Shown piece by piece: positions 25,729 to 39,443 of a DNA stretch of 64,000 nucleotides; positions within the stretch are counted from its first letter, which is position 1, and each line of letters starts with the position of its first letter. Made by a program: the position numbers and the translations under genes. Source of the DNA: the human T2T-CHM13v2.0 reference genome, Homo sapiens; the NCBI RefSeq assembly GCF_009914755.1, contig NC_060926.1. The stretch is one strand, 5' to 3'. The notes below the pieces were generated by a model, which saw only the letters and a list, made by a program, of their open reading frames with translations, had not been told where the DNA came from and did not search any database.

Positions 25729-26749
25729 GAGAACTTCTTAGTCATGAAACTCCCAGCAAAACATGTGTCGTACTTCAGAGGTGTCAGCCTATTGATCTCA
25801 TTTGACTGTTGATTCTTTTGAAGACTCATCAGGTGGGTGGAAATGGGATCAGAATTGGCAAGTCGCCAGTAAAGAGCACATAATGTGCACACCACCCAAA
25901 GGAAGGTGACTGCCTGCATGTGCTTTTGATCCTGACATAAGCATGGGGGCTTCCTACTCAAGCTCAAGCTCAAGTTGATTGTCTGCAAAGCAGAAGTGAG
26001 CTCTGATGGAGCTAGCATACCCCCTGAGCCTCTGGGCTGCATTCAGGGGGTATATCCTTGCATCGGGTACATAAAAAATATAAAGGCAATGGGACTTATA
26101 GGAAAGCATTATTGGATGTTCTTAAGGATGCGGGTTATAAGCAGTCTCCATAAAACTGGTCTTTGAACCAATTCACATGAAGAAAATAGATGCATTCTTT
26201 CACCATCAGTTTATTCATACATCTTACAAGCATTTATGGAATGCTTACTGTATACAAGAAGCCACGGAAATAAGGAATGTTTTTTTCCAGTTATCTTTTT
26301 TCCATCCCTTAACCTTTTACGAAAAAAGGACTGAGATGGAAATTAGGCAATAAAGAAAAAGGAGTTGTGAAATTGTAAGAATATTGATGAGAACATCCTT
26401 TTGACTTTCATATTATTACTGGCCTCAAACACTCAACCTGTTTCAAAATTGCTTCACAGCTCTAGGGTCTTTTGTGAGAGCTTCTTTCTTTATGTCATAG
26501 AAGTCTTCATAAAGCCTGGTGCTTGAAATTTTATTTGGAAGATGACAAATCATTGTGTATTTTTGGAGACAAAAGACTGTGATCGCTCTTCAAACAAGGT
26601 CACAACATGGTATGTAGAAGACTGTCTCTAGTCAGGAGGAATGGGTCAAGGGAAGTGCATGGAAATTGTAAACAGACCAGAAGCTCCCAGAAAAATCATG
26701 TTTTTGAGTGCAAAGAGTGCCAATCTGCATTGAAGGCCTGAAGAGGCCT

Positions 26750-26900
26750 CTTAACATGCTGGTTGACTCCTAGTTCGCCATTTTCCTCTCTGTGCCTCAG
26801 TGTCCTATCCGTAAAATGGAGCTTATAATAGACACTTGTAGGGATATTGTAGGGATCAGCTAACACTTGCATTGAAGGCCTCCTGTGCACCATGTGACAC
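26750..26900 (+). mobile_element. MIR SINE
   Basis: CCTCTCTGTGCCTCAGTGTCCTATCCGTAAAATGG core. Confidence 0.8.
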
Positions 26901-26904
26901 ATTT

Positions 26905-26992
26905 CTCCTGCATTATATTATTTAATCCTTATAACAACCTATGAGAGAGGTACCATTATTAGTCCCATTTTACAGATGAGGAAACTAAGTAG
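26905..26992 (-). mobile_element. MIR SINE
   Basis: ATTTAATCCTTATAACAACCTATGAG...CCCATTTTACAGATGAGGAAACT. Confidence 0.88.
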
Positions 26993-28033
26993 GTACAACA
27001 CTATAGAGTATCTGGAGCATAGTAGATCCTCAGAAAATTTAGCATCTATACGTGCTAAATTAGGTTTCCTCCAGTCAATGAAGACAATAGTACTTGCCCT
27101 GCCGGAACATTCAAACAAAAATTTGACTATGAAAGTACTGTGATGGGAACGTGCTCTAGAGACACATACACTCCCAGATGTCAGGTCAGTGGGGCCACTG
27201 ACTGAACCCATTACTACACTGGACTGGGCACCCAGGGGGGCCCCACTGATAGCCCCAACAGGAAGGCAGAGGCACCCAGGAAAAGGGGTCTTCCACGCGC
27301 ATGTCCCTGTCCTCAGCTCTGCTTCCCATGCCTGCGTCCCTCGCCACCTCAACATCCTCCTACTCCCATCTTGAAATCTGACTTGGCGTGACTCTGTGAA
27401 GTCTGACTTTGACCCCTGACTGCCTTTCAGGGGAGGAGGAAGGTCAAAGTCCAGGAAAGAAAGACTGTTATCTTTGAGGAGCAATTTGCTTCTTAGTGGT
27501 GTCTTTATTTCTCTTGGATGTAATGGCGTACACCTTGCTTCTTTAGAGAAGACTTCCAACTGCATTGCTACTTCCTGCAAGTACCCACCTGGTCTGGTGC
27601 CTGGCCTTATGACCCCTATTGCTCTTTCCAAAGTGTTGCATGTTCTCATCATAGGCAGAATAGGATTTACACATCCACCTCCTTCAGGTTAGCCTCAGCT
27701 CCTAGTGGTGTCAGGGGCATTTTATTGGACAGTTATTGGACAGTGTAGGAAGGAGGAAGAACCTTGACCCCATCCCCTAGGTCTGGCTTTCTGGGATCGA
27801 GAAGTAGATGACAGTCAGCAGGGATTAGTGGAAGACATGAGCTCACCCTTTCTCCAGTGACATCAGCCTCTCCCTTTCTACAGGAAGGAGAAGAGAAGAG
27901 AGGGCGTGTATAGATGACTTTGACTGTGACTGTGTTTATGTCCAACACACTGTGAAAAATATGGGTAAAACATCTACAAGCTGGAATCTGGTTCCAAGTT
28001 GTACCATGAGGACTTTTGGCTTATTTTTTTTTA

Positions 28034-28445
<412 letters not shown>

Positions 28446-28789
28446 TTATTACTTATTAGATGCTCTTATTGTAATATGAATAAAATCTAACAACATTAAA
28501 ATTAATTAAAATTAAAATAATCTCAGCAGTTAAACATAATCTTAATTTGCGCATTTGCTAATCTCTCTTCTCTTCTACATCAAATGAACAAAATGGATAC
28601 AATGAAAAATATTTACTGCTGACAGCTGTTGACATCCAGTGCCATGACATGCAATGAAAAGACAGACAACAGCTTAATCTCACAGAAACATTGTCTCTAC
28701 TTAGCAAATTTTGTCTAACACAGTTTACTTGCCATGCAGAAAACTTTCTAGTTTTCTAGAAACTGCCTTATGCAGTTTCCCAGAGACAA

Positions 28790-28984
28790 CATCGTGGGTG
28801 GGAAAGAATATTGGACATGAGAGAGGAAACATTGCTTTTGTTTTGACTCCACTTCTATCTAAGCATCTGACATTTGCAGGTCATTTAATCTCTCTGAATC
28901 TCACTTTCCTCTTTTGTAGAATGGGTATGTAAGGTGCATGACTGCCAGGGTCCCACCCAGCTCTGCAGTGCTATGATTCTATGA
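28790..28984 (+). mobile_element. MIR/MIR3 SINE
   Basis: GTCATTTAATCTCTCTGAATCTCACTTTCCTC core; CAGCTCT...CTATGATTCTATGA end. Confidence 0.75.
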
Positions 28985-29794
28985 CTTTATTCATTTGTGT
29001 GCTGTTTCTCATCTCTTTTCTCTTACATTCTGAACTCAGCATCCATTAACTATATTCTGTTACCATAATTACCCAATCACTGAACACTGCATGATAGAGA
29101 CTAAAGTCACTACTGTTTATGTTAAATTGTTTTATTATTTTGGAGGGAGGGCGGGAGAGAGCTCTATGCATGAAGCTCTAATTATAGTAATATAGTGCAT
29201 TAGATTATAGCTCTCTTTAGCCCTATTTTATTCATGATCATAGCCCAGGAAATCCAAGCCAAGATTTTTCTTTCCATGCTGACATTGACCACATTTCACA
29301 CATCCAACAAGAGGCAAGTGCTCCCGAATGAAAAAGATGGACTGAGACTGTGAGCCTCAGTTTATGGAAGGTCAGGGAATGGGAGGGCAGGGGCTGCGCC
29401 CACCCCACATGACAGTCATGAGTGAGACACGCTTTCTGGTGCTGGCCTGATGGCTGGTCCTGTGCATCTTTGGCTCAAGGCCTGTGGGGATTGTGCACCT
29501 CCAATGTATGAATGTGCCACTGAGACTCCACTTGGTGCCAGAGATTCATCAGAGAGGCGTCTTTCTAGAATATAATTTTTTCTTAGATATTTTTCCAGAA
29601 GAAATATTAGTCAGATATTAAAACAAACTCAACTTTATCTTGGAGTGGAATGCAAAATTGCACAAGTATTTAACATGTAACAAGAGCCTTAAAAGAAATT
29701 TCATGCATATGGAAACTGATTTGAGGCGTTCCTCCAGATCATCCCTAGTATTCCTTTACTGTTCAGGGCCCTTTGATGGAAAATATTGCAAATG

Positions 29795-29950
29795 GTAATT
29801 GCTAACATTTATTGAGTACCATGAACTGTTCTAAGCATTTTTATGTGATTCTTTTTAGGTACTCTAATTATCCACATTTTGCAGATGAGTTACATAAGTT
29901 AAGTAATTTGTCCAGAGTTTGCACAGCTGGTAAGATGTAAACCCTAGCAA
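29795..29950 (-). mobile_element. MIR SINE
   Basis: GCTAACATTTATTGAGTACC and CATTTTGCAGATGAG. Confidence 0.75.
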
Positions 29951-30399
29951 CCCCTCTCTTCCCTCACTCCTCATGATGCCACCCACTCCCTTTACAGAGA
30001 AAGCACCTTCAGCTACAGAGGGTGTACTGTCCATATTGCAGACTTGTCATAAATCTAGGAAGGCCAGGGAGCTTTGCTTTAGAGCATCTCCACAGTTGCT
30101 TCCAAGACATACATGGTGGACTTATGTCTAAAGCCTCCTTTTCTGGACCTTCAGAGAATCCCAGGGCAGAATAGAATCTCCTGGAACTGGTGGAACTGGT
30201 GCACCTTCTAGAAGTAAACAGATGTTTCCACACTATACCTCCTACTCACAAGCAGCCAGCCCAGCCTTGTAGCCATTGATAGGTCTGCTTCTCTCCTAAT
30301 CCAAGAAGGCCTGATTCTACGCAAGAGGAGAGACCCTGTCAGAACTGTATATTGTGTCTTGTAACTATGACATGGATTATAAGACAGATGTAAGCAAAA

Positions 30400-30960
30400 G
30401 TCTATGGTTGTGGATGGGGAGGAAGCACCAGTTTTGACTTAGGTAATCAAGGAAGGTTTCCTTGAGACCGACAAGAGCATGAGTGAAGGCCTGGGATGGA
30501 AATGCACAGTGTGTGTCCAAGATCTGGAAGTGGATCACTTTGTGTGGGAGCAGAGGAAGATAAGGCTGTAAACAGGGAGGTGAACCATTATGTTAATGGC
30601 TTTGAACCCCAAGTAGGAGTTCGAATTTTACTAAGTAGCCAGTAATGAGCTGGTAAAAGTTACAAAGGTCATGTTGTATACCTTGAATATACACAATAAA
30701 ATTTATTTTAAAAACAAAACTTATGGAGGAAGGAAAGCAAGGGATAAGATTTGTGCTTAAGGAAATAAACCTGGTCATAATCTATAGAACAGGAGAGACT
30801 AGAAAAAAGGGAGAGGTTGTCCATTTAGAGACTAGTTAGGAAACCATTGAAATGATCTAAGTGAGAAATAACAAGTTTCCAAAAAGGGCAAAAGCATAGA
30901 ACATAGAAAGAAGCATACTTTTAGCTTGGGGAGTATTGAGGATGTGAAATCTTTAAATAT
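30400..30960 (-). mobile_element. L2 LINE remnant
   Basis: TCAAGGAAGGTTTCCTTGAG, AAGGCCTGGGATGG and GACTAGTTAGGAAACCATTG reverse-L2 motifs. Confidence 0.65.
30669..30715 (+). mobile_element. Tiny L1MA-type 3' terminus insertion
   Basis: TCATGTTGTATACCTTGAATATACACAATAAAATTTATTTTAAAAAC; degenerate TSD AAAAGTTACAAAGG / AAAACTTATGGAGG. Confidence 0.6.
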
Positions 30961-31039
30961 TGTTCTAATATTGGAAAAGGAAGAAGATATGACTCCTAAA
31001 GCAAGGAGAAAGATAGTTCAACTAAAGGAAATATGGATT

Positions 31040-34000
31040 TTTTTCCTCCAGAAAGATGAAGTAAACATGGGTGTCCTTGTTTTTCCTGCTAAGTCAAACT
31101 AAAATCTCTGGACATTGTGTATAAGATGAACTTAAGAAGACTCTGAAAAGGGGAAGGAAGAAGGCAGACAGACCCACTAGGGATCTCAGGACTTGAAGCA
31201 TGACATGAAAGTGAGTTCCCTGGGTTTTTTCCTACCTTTTGAACCACAGAATTTCATAATATGTTGAGCAGGAAGATCCAGCTACTAATCCCAAGTGAGG
31301 ATTTCCACCACATGGAGGACAGCAAGAAGCACAGCAATGCCAATAACCAGAAGAAGGAGCCTACAGACCTTGGCCACTGCATCTGCTGCGATTTCAGAGT
31401 TGCCAAGGGGGACTTACACTCAAGGCACTGATTGGGACAATGCTGTACTTACAGAAAGAAGAAAAGATGCAGCAAGATAGCATCTGTAGCGTGTGCTGGT
31501 CTCCCATGGCCAGCAGGTGTGGGGCAATGGGTGAAACACACAACCCTCTCTTGCTGCAGGCAAAGACCCTGTTCTTTCCTGGTGGGGACAGATATAATCT
31601 TTGGGCTGGCCAAGTGCCATATGATACATGTGTAAGCAGTACAAGGAAGCTTACTGTGTAATCAGAGCAGGAAAATATTTTCTTCTAATAAGTGAGAAGA
31701 ATCTTCAGCTACACAACAGCTCAGTACCCAGCTTTCATATGGGGGGAAGCTCCAGGCCCAGGGCAGTGATTAGACAATCTCAGGGCAGGTGACAGGTTGC
31801 ATGATAGCTTCTTCTCCAACATAACCTAATCCCCCAAATGTCCAGACCTCAATAGAAACCACTCATTATACAAAGAATTGGGAAAAATCTCAACTTGAAT
31901 GAAAAAAATCTAGCAACGGATGTCAACACCAAGATGGTATATTAGAATTATCTGACAAGGATTTTAAAACAGCGATTACATACCCTGAGCATCACAAACA
32001 CACATGAAACAAATGAAAAAATAGAAAATCTCAGTGTAAAAATAGACAATATAAAGAACTAAGTGGAAATTTTAGGACTGCAAAATACAGTAAGTAAAAT
32101 AAAAATCTCAGTGGATGAACTTGACAGCAGAGTGGAAGGTAGAGAAGAAAAAAATCAGTGAACTTGAAAATAGAAAAATAGAAACTACCCAATCTGAATA
32201 ATAGAGAGAAAGTAGACTGAAAAAAAGAAAAAGAAAAGAACAAAAGCTCATGGGCTTGGGGACTATAAAAAAGAAGAAAAAAAAAAGTGCTAACATTTAT
32301 GTCACTGGAGTCCAGAAAGAAGAGGATTAAAAGTGCAGGGCTGAAAAAGTACTCAAATAAATAATGGCTGGAAATTTGCCACATTTGACCGAAGAGATAA
32401 ACCTTTTGTCAAGAAACTGAGCAAACCCCAAACAAGAGAAACCCAAAGAAATACATACCAAGACACATCATCATTAAATTTCTGAAAACTAAATGCAAAG
32501 AAAAACTCCAGAACACCACCAGAGAAAAGTGATGCCTTACTTATCAGCAGCAGGGTGGGGGGCTACAATTTGAGTGACAGCAGACTTCTCATCAGAAACC
32601 ATGAAGCCAAAAAGAAAATGACAAAATATGTTTCAAGTCTTGACACAAAAGAGCTGTCGATCTAAAATTGTATATCCAGTGAAAATATCTCAGTAATAAA
32701 GGGAAAATCAAGACCTTTTCAGGCGAAGGAAAAATCACATAATTTGCAGATGTACTGTAAAATAACAGAATATAGAACTATCCTAGAGAATGGCTAAAGG
32801 AATTTCTCTAAACAGAAAGAGAAATAAAAAAAAGAAGGAATCATAGAACAATGTGAAAGAAGGAAAAATGTAGTAAGCAAAAATATAGGGAAAAAGAATA
32901 TGTTTATTTTCTTCCTTTGAGTTTTCTAAATTATATTTGATGATGGAAATAAAAATTATAACATGATATAATGTAGTTCTCAAAGTATGTAGAAGAAATA
33001 TTGAAGACATTACAAATGAGAAAGAGTAAAGGACCATACAGGGAGGTAAGTTTCTACATTCACTAAAATTGGTACAATGTCAACACCAGTTGAATATGAT
33101 ATGTTGTATATCTATAATGTAATATCTTCAGCAATGACTAAAGAAGTATACAAAGAGATACACTTAAAAACACTATAGAAAAATAAAAATGGAATACTAA
33201 AAATGTTCAACTAGCCCACAAGAAGGGAAACAAAAACAGGAATAGAAAAGCAAACAACAGAGAACAAACAGAAAGGAAAAAGCAAAATGGCAGACTTAAT
33301 CCCTAACATTTTAATAATTACATTAAATATAAATGGTCTAAATATGCCAAATAAAAGACAGATTCCACAAAGAGGATTAATAAACATGATTCTCCTATAT
33401 GCTGCCTATAAGAAACCCACTTCAAATATAACCATATAAGTAGATTGAAAATAAATTGATGGGAAAAGTTATACCATGGTAATATTTTAAAAAGCAGAAA
33501 CTGCTATACTAGTATCAGAAAAAGTGGAATGCAGAGCAAAGACTATTCCTAGGGACAGAGGGACATTACATTATGATAAAAGAGTTAATACTCCAAGAAT
33601 ATATAGCAATCCTAAATGTGCATACACCAAACAACAGAGTGTATAAATGTAAAGCAAATACTGATAGAGCTGAACAAAAACTGATAGAGAAATAGACAAA
33701 TTCACAATCATAGTTGGAGCTTTCAACACTCTCTTAACAACAGATAAAACAATTAGAAAGAAAATCAGTAAGAATACTGAGCTTAATAACACCACCAATC
33801 ATGGGCCCTAATCAACATTTATAAAACAATCCATCCAACAGCAGCAGAATACACATTATTTTCAAGCACTCATGGAACATGTACCAAGATAAACTATACC
33901 TGGGTCATAAAACAAGCCTCAACAAATTTAAAGGAATTAAAATCATACAATGTGATATTCTCTGACCACGTGAAATCAAACTAGAAATCAATAACAGAAA

Positions 34001-37000
34001 GATAAGAGGAAAATCTTTAAGTACTTGGAAACAAAACAAAACAGTACACTTCTAAGTAATTCATGTGTCAAAAAGGAAGCTTCGAGGGAAATAAAAATAC
34101 ATTAAATTGAATCAAAGTGAAGATACAGCATATCAAAATTTGTGGGACACAGTTAAACCAATACTTAGAGGGAAATTTGTAGCATTAAATGCTTACATTA
34201 GAAAATTTGGAAAAATCTCAAATCAATGATCTGAGTCCCCACCTCAAGGAACTAAAAAAAAAAAAAAGCAAAATAAACTCAAAGCAAGCAGAAGGAAGAG
34301 AATTATAAAAACACAATCAGAAATCTGTGAATTAGAGCCGGGCACAGTGACTCATGATTGTACTCCCAGCATTTTGGGAAGCTGAGGCAGGAGGATTGCT
34401 TGAGCCCAGGAGTGGAAGGCTGCATTGAGCTAGGATCCTGCCACTGCACTCCAGCCTGGACAACAGAGAGAGACATCATCTTAAAAATAATAATAATAAA
34501 TAATTTAAAAATAAAGAAACCTGTGAATTAGGAAACAAAAGAAGAGAGCGAATTAATGAAACTAGAAGGTGGTTCTTCAAAAAGATTAAAAGAAATTGAG
34601 AAACCTTTAGCAAGACTGACAAAGAGAAGACACAATTTCTATTACAAGGAATGAATAGCATATCACTACAGATCACACAGATATCAAAAGGATATAAAAG
34701 AATGTTATGAACAACCCTATACACATAAATCTAACAACTTAGATGAAATGAACCAATTACTTAAAAAGCACGAAGTACCACAACTGCCCCAATATGAAAC
34801 TGATAATTTGAATAGCCCTATAATTTCTAAGAAAATTGAATTCCTAATTTAAAATCTCTTGAAAAAGAAATCTTCAGGTCAAGATGGTTTCACTGTAGAA
34901 TTCTACTAAAAGTTTACAAAGGAATTGACACCAGTTCTACCCAATGCCTTCCAGAAAAAAGAAGAGGACAGAACACTTCCCAATCCTTCTTATGAAGCCA
35001 TTATTATCCTATACCCAAACCAGACAATACCAACGAATACAAAAAAAGAAACACTATGAATATAGTTTCAAATTCCTTTATAAAATATTAGCAAATAGAA
35101 TTCAGCAAGATATAAAAGGAATGACACATTGTAACTTAGTGGGGTTTATTCCAGGTATGCAAAGCTGGTTAAATATATGAAAACTAATCAATGTAATCCA
35201 CTATAATAACAGGCTAAAAAAGAAAAATCACACAATCATATCAATTGATGCGGAAAAAGCATTTGACAAAATCCAGTGCCATTCATAATTAAAACTATCA
35301 GAAAACAAGAAATAGACGAAAGTTTCCTCAACTTGACAAAGAAATCTACAAAAATCCTAGAGCTGACATGACACTTAAATGGTGAAAGACTGGATGCTTT
35401 CTAAGATCAGAAACAAGGATGTCCACTCTCACCATTCCCCTTTCAGCATAGTACTGGGAGTTCAAGCCAGTGTAATAAGGTAAGCAAGGGAGATACAAAG
35501 CACTCAGATGGAGAATTACATGATTGTCTATGTAGAAAATCCCAAAGAATCTCTAAAAACTCTCCTAGAAATATGTGACATTATAATATAAAAGATTAAT
35601 TAACCAAAATAAATTTGTATTTCTGTAAAATAGCCATAAATACTTGGAAACTAAAATACAACACTATTTGTAGTAATTAAAAAATTGAAATAGGTGTAAA
35701 AATTTTTTAAACATGTATAAAAATGCTGAAAATTGTAAAACATTGATGAAATAAATCAAAGAAAATCTAAATAAATGGAGAAACATGCAATGTTCATGGA
35801 TTGGAATACTCAACATAATGAAGATGGCAATTCTATTCAAATTGATGTGCATGTTTAATGCAATTTCTATCAAAATCCCAGGAAGATTTTTTTGTCTATA
35901 TAAACAGGATTGTCCTAAAATTTATTTTAAAAGGTAAAGGAACTAGAAAAGCTAAAGTAATTTTGTTTTTTAAAAAAGATAAAATGGAATTAATTAATCT
36001 ACACAATTTCAAGTCTTATTATATAGCTGCAGTATTAAAGCCTGCATGGTCTTGGTGGAAGATAAACACTTGGATCAATGGAACGAAACAGAGAACCCAT
36101 ATAGAAACCCACACAAGTTCGGCAACTGATTCCAAAATCAAACACAAAAGCGCAAAAACAATTCAATGGAAGGATCATCTTTCCAACAAATGGTGCTGGA
36201 GCAATTGGACATCCACAGGGAAAAAAATCAAGGTTTAAATAACCTTTCACTTTATACAAATGTTAATATGAATCATAAATTACAATATAAAGCATAACAC
36301 TGTAAAACTTTTAGAAGAAAACATAGTAGGGCTTGGTGTAGAGTTCTCAGAGATGACACTTGGAAGCACAATCCATAAAAGAAAAAACTCAAAAATTAGA
36401 CTTCATCAAAATTTAAACTATTTGTTCTGTAAAAGACTTTGTTAAAAAGACTAACAGACAAGCGATAGGCTGGGAGAAAATACTTGCAACCTACATGTCT
36501 GACAAAGGATTCTTATCTAGAATATATCAAGAACTCTCCAACGTCAACAGTAAAAAAAAAAAAATCTAATATTAAAATGGGCTACATACATGAAGAGCCA
36601 TGTCAGTGAAAAGGATATATGGAGGGCAAATAAGCAGATGAAAAGATAGCATCATCAACCATCAGGGAAATGCAAATTGAGACCACAGTGAAATGCCACC
36701 ATACACCTATCAAAGCACATAAATAAAATGTACTGACAATAGCAAATACTGGCAGGGATGTGAAGAAACATCTCATACATTGCCGGTGGGAATCTAAAAT
36801 GTTACAGTCATTTTTGGAAAATCATCTGGCAGTTTCTCCAAAAAAAGAAAAGAAAAGAAACTAAACATATGCTTGCATTGCCACCCAACTACCTCACGCC
36901 TGGGCATTTGTCCCAGAGTAATGAAAACATATGTGCACACAAATACCTTACATTCACCATTGTTCATAGCAGCTTTGCAACAGCCAAAAACTGGAAACAT

Positions 37001-37053
37001 CTTTTAACAGATAAATGGTTAAACAAACTGTGGTATATCCATAACATGAAATA
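31040..37053 (+). mobile_element. Near full-length old L1 (L1MC/L1MD-like): 5' UTR, ORF1 and ORF2 remnants; 3' UTR missing
   Basis: A-rich ORF1 remnant ~31.9-32.8 kb; endonuclease start ATGGCAGACTTAAT...ATTACATTAAATATAAATGGTCTAAAT ~33287; [12 protein letters not shown] (ORF 34944-35180) and KWCWSNW (ORF 35858-36238) ORF2 motifs; many stops. Confidence 0.92.
34336..34514 (+). mobile_element. Alu monomer (FRAM/FAM-like)
   Basis: Single-arm Alu with A/T-rich tail; TSD AGAAATCTGTGAATTAG / AGAAACCTGTGAATTAG. Confidence 0.88.
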
Positions 37054-37202
37054 CGGGATTTCGGATGAACATTGAATAATTGTTTAGTACAGATATGTCC
37101 TAATTATTTCATGAGACATACTAAAAAATTACATGTCGCTTATCTTAAATTCAAATTTAACTGGACTCCCTGTAGTTTTATGTGTTAACTCTAGTAACTC
37201 TA
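37049..37202. mobile_element. MER53 palindromic DNA element, left arm partly deleted
   Basis: TTTCGGATGAACATTGAATAATTGTTTAGTA...GACATACTAAAAAATTA...AAATTCAAATTTAACTGG. Confidence 0.8.
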
Positions 37203-37302
37203 GTTTTTGTTCATTTGGACTGATATAGTTCCCCTTCTCTAAACCATGGGCAACTGGTTCACATCTCCCAGGTAGCTGATGCAGCTAAAATGAGTGGACA
37301 GA

Positions 37303-37760
<458 letters not shown>

Positions 37761-37974
37761 AGAAGGGAGGTTAAATGAGTCCCTCTACATGAAAATCCAC
37801 TGGAACTGGAGAGTGCAATACATGTGATAGCATGTCCTTCTATAAGATTAGCTTGCTGCTGTGGGCCCAGTAGAAAAAGGGCATTGGCACCTGCTGTAGC
37901 CTGAAATAGGCCTGAGATGCAAGGATTGGCTTCAGGCTTTTCTTGATCTCGATGCAAGTGTCTGTTGCCATATT

Positions 37975-38395
37975 ATTATCAATCAGCAATTGTCACAATA
38001 GTGCTGTGTAACAAATAAGCCTAGACCACAGTGGCTGACAACAGCAAACATTATTCTCATGCTCATGGATTTGCCGGTCCACTGTGGTTCAGCTGACCTA
38101 GGATGGGCTCAGATGTGGGACTTTTCTTTATGCTGTGGATCAGCAGGGCCTGGCTTCTGACTTCAGATTGGGTTTGGATCTGCCACACCTCCGTTTATCT
38201 GGGGGCCAGACTGAGGGCTGCAGCTACCCAGGGCACATGTTCTCAAGGCAGATCTCTGCAGCATGTTTCAGCTTGCTTGTGTCTGCTAACATTCCCTTGC
38301 AGTGCAAGCAACAAGTAATATGTAGGGTAGGGAAATCTGTCCCAACCACAGGAGATGATGGTGAGAAGTGAATATGTGCTCAACAAGAATCCAGT
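37975..38395 (-). mobile_element. Old MLT1 (J/K-like) MaLR LTR
   Basis: TGCTGTGTAACAAA...CAGTGGCTGACAACAGCAAACATT, TCTGCTAACATTCC motifs. Confidence 0.7.
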
Positions 38396-38853
38396 CTTGA
38401 TGTGGTTTGGGCTTTAGTTTAGGTCAAACTTTGGTTCAAGATGCTTGGAACAGTCTAATCTCACCCACTCAGATTGATGGTAAAATTGTCTTGGCCTCCT
38501 CATCAAATCTCAGGCTGCAGTGAGCTAAGCCTGATTCCCCGGGATGGCTCAAAGCTGGAAAAATGTTCAGATTCCCCTTGCATTGGCACTGCCTACTTCC
38601 TAGAAGACGGCCTTGCCTTGAGTCGGCTTCCTGGAGTTAGGCTCAGGATGGTCACCTACCTGATGTTTTCTTCATGGGGCGAAACATATTTTATCTGTCT
38701 CTCCAAGTCCCCATCCTCATTCCCACATCCCACCATTTTGCCACTTCCTACCCTTCTGAGTTATATGGACTTATCTGCTTGGATTTGAAGAATCACTAAA
38801 GAACTAGCAGAAAATTGTAGTAGGGAGGAGAGTGAGGTTGAGTATATGTTCCC

Positions 38854-39230
38854 CACAGGGTAACCTTGGTCTAATTGTGGGGTAGCCTTTAGCTGCCTGT
38901 AGGACAGCCTTGGACTGACTGTGGGGTAGCCTTGGACTGACTGTGGGGTAACCTTGGTCTGACCGTGTGGTAGCCTTGAGCTGACTGTGGGATAGGCTTG
39001 AGCTGACTGTAGGGTAGCCTTGGACTGACTGTGGGGTAGCCTTGGACTGACTGTAGGGTAACCTTGAGCTGACTATGGGTAGCCTTGGATTAACAGAGGG
39101 GTATCCTTGGACTGACTATCGGGTAGCCTTGGGCTGACTGTGGGGTAGCCTTGGACTGACTGTGGGGTAGCTTTGGGCCACCTGTAGGGTAGCTTTGAGC
39201 TGATTGTGGGGTAGCCTTGGGCTGACTGTG
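38854..39230. repeat. 22-bp minisatellite, ~17 units, consensus TGTGGGGTAGCCTTGGACTGAC
   Basis: Regular 22-bp period read directly (one 21-bp unit near 39070). Confidence 0.97.
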
Positions 39231-39443
39231 TCCCTCCACCAAAGTCACTGCTCCTCTCATGACAGCCTTTCTTACCATTTTATCTTCCCAAGTTCCAGCA
39301 TCTACTTCCTTCCTTTAGCCATACAACCTGTGGTGGTAGCAGCTCCACTGTTAGTAGTGTGGGTTTCTGAAGTACTCCCTGTGTGGTTTCCCTACAGCCA
39401 GTCCACATCTTCATAAAGAGCTCCTTTATTAAGCCCTCCTCAA

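Noticed and set aside
26939-27652. 237-aa minus-strand ORF
   Set aside because: No recognisable domain; the C-terminus (LSFLICKMGLIMVP) is translated MIR sequence; no promoter or exon context
28600-28660. Cluster of TGACA (TALE homeodomain) motifs and an E-box
   Set aside because: Short motifs are expected by chance; no independent support from sequence alone
38854-39230. Regularly spaced repeats resembling a CRISPR array
   Set aside because: Units are head-to-tail with no unique spacers, there are no cas genes, and the context is a eukaryotic LTR; it is a minisatellite
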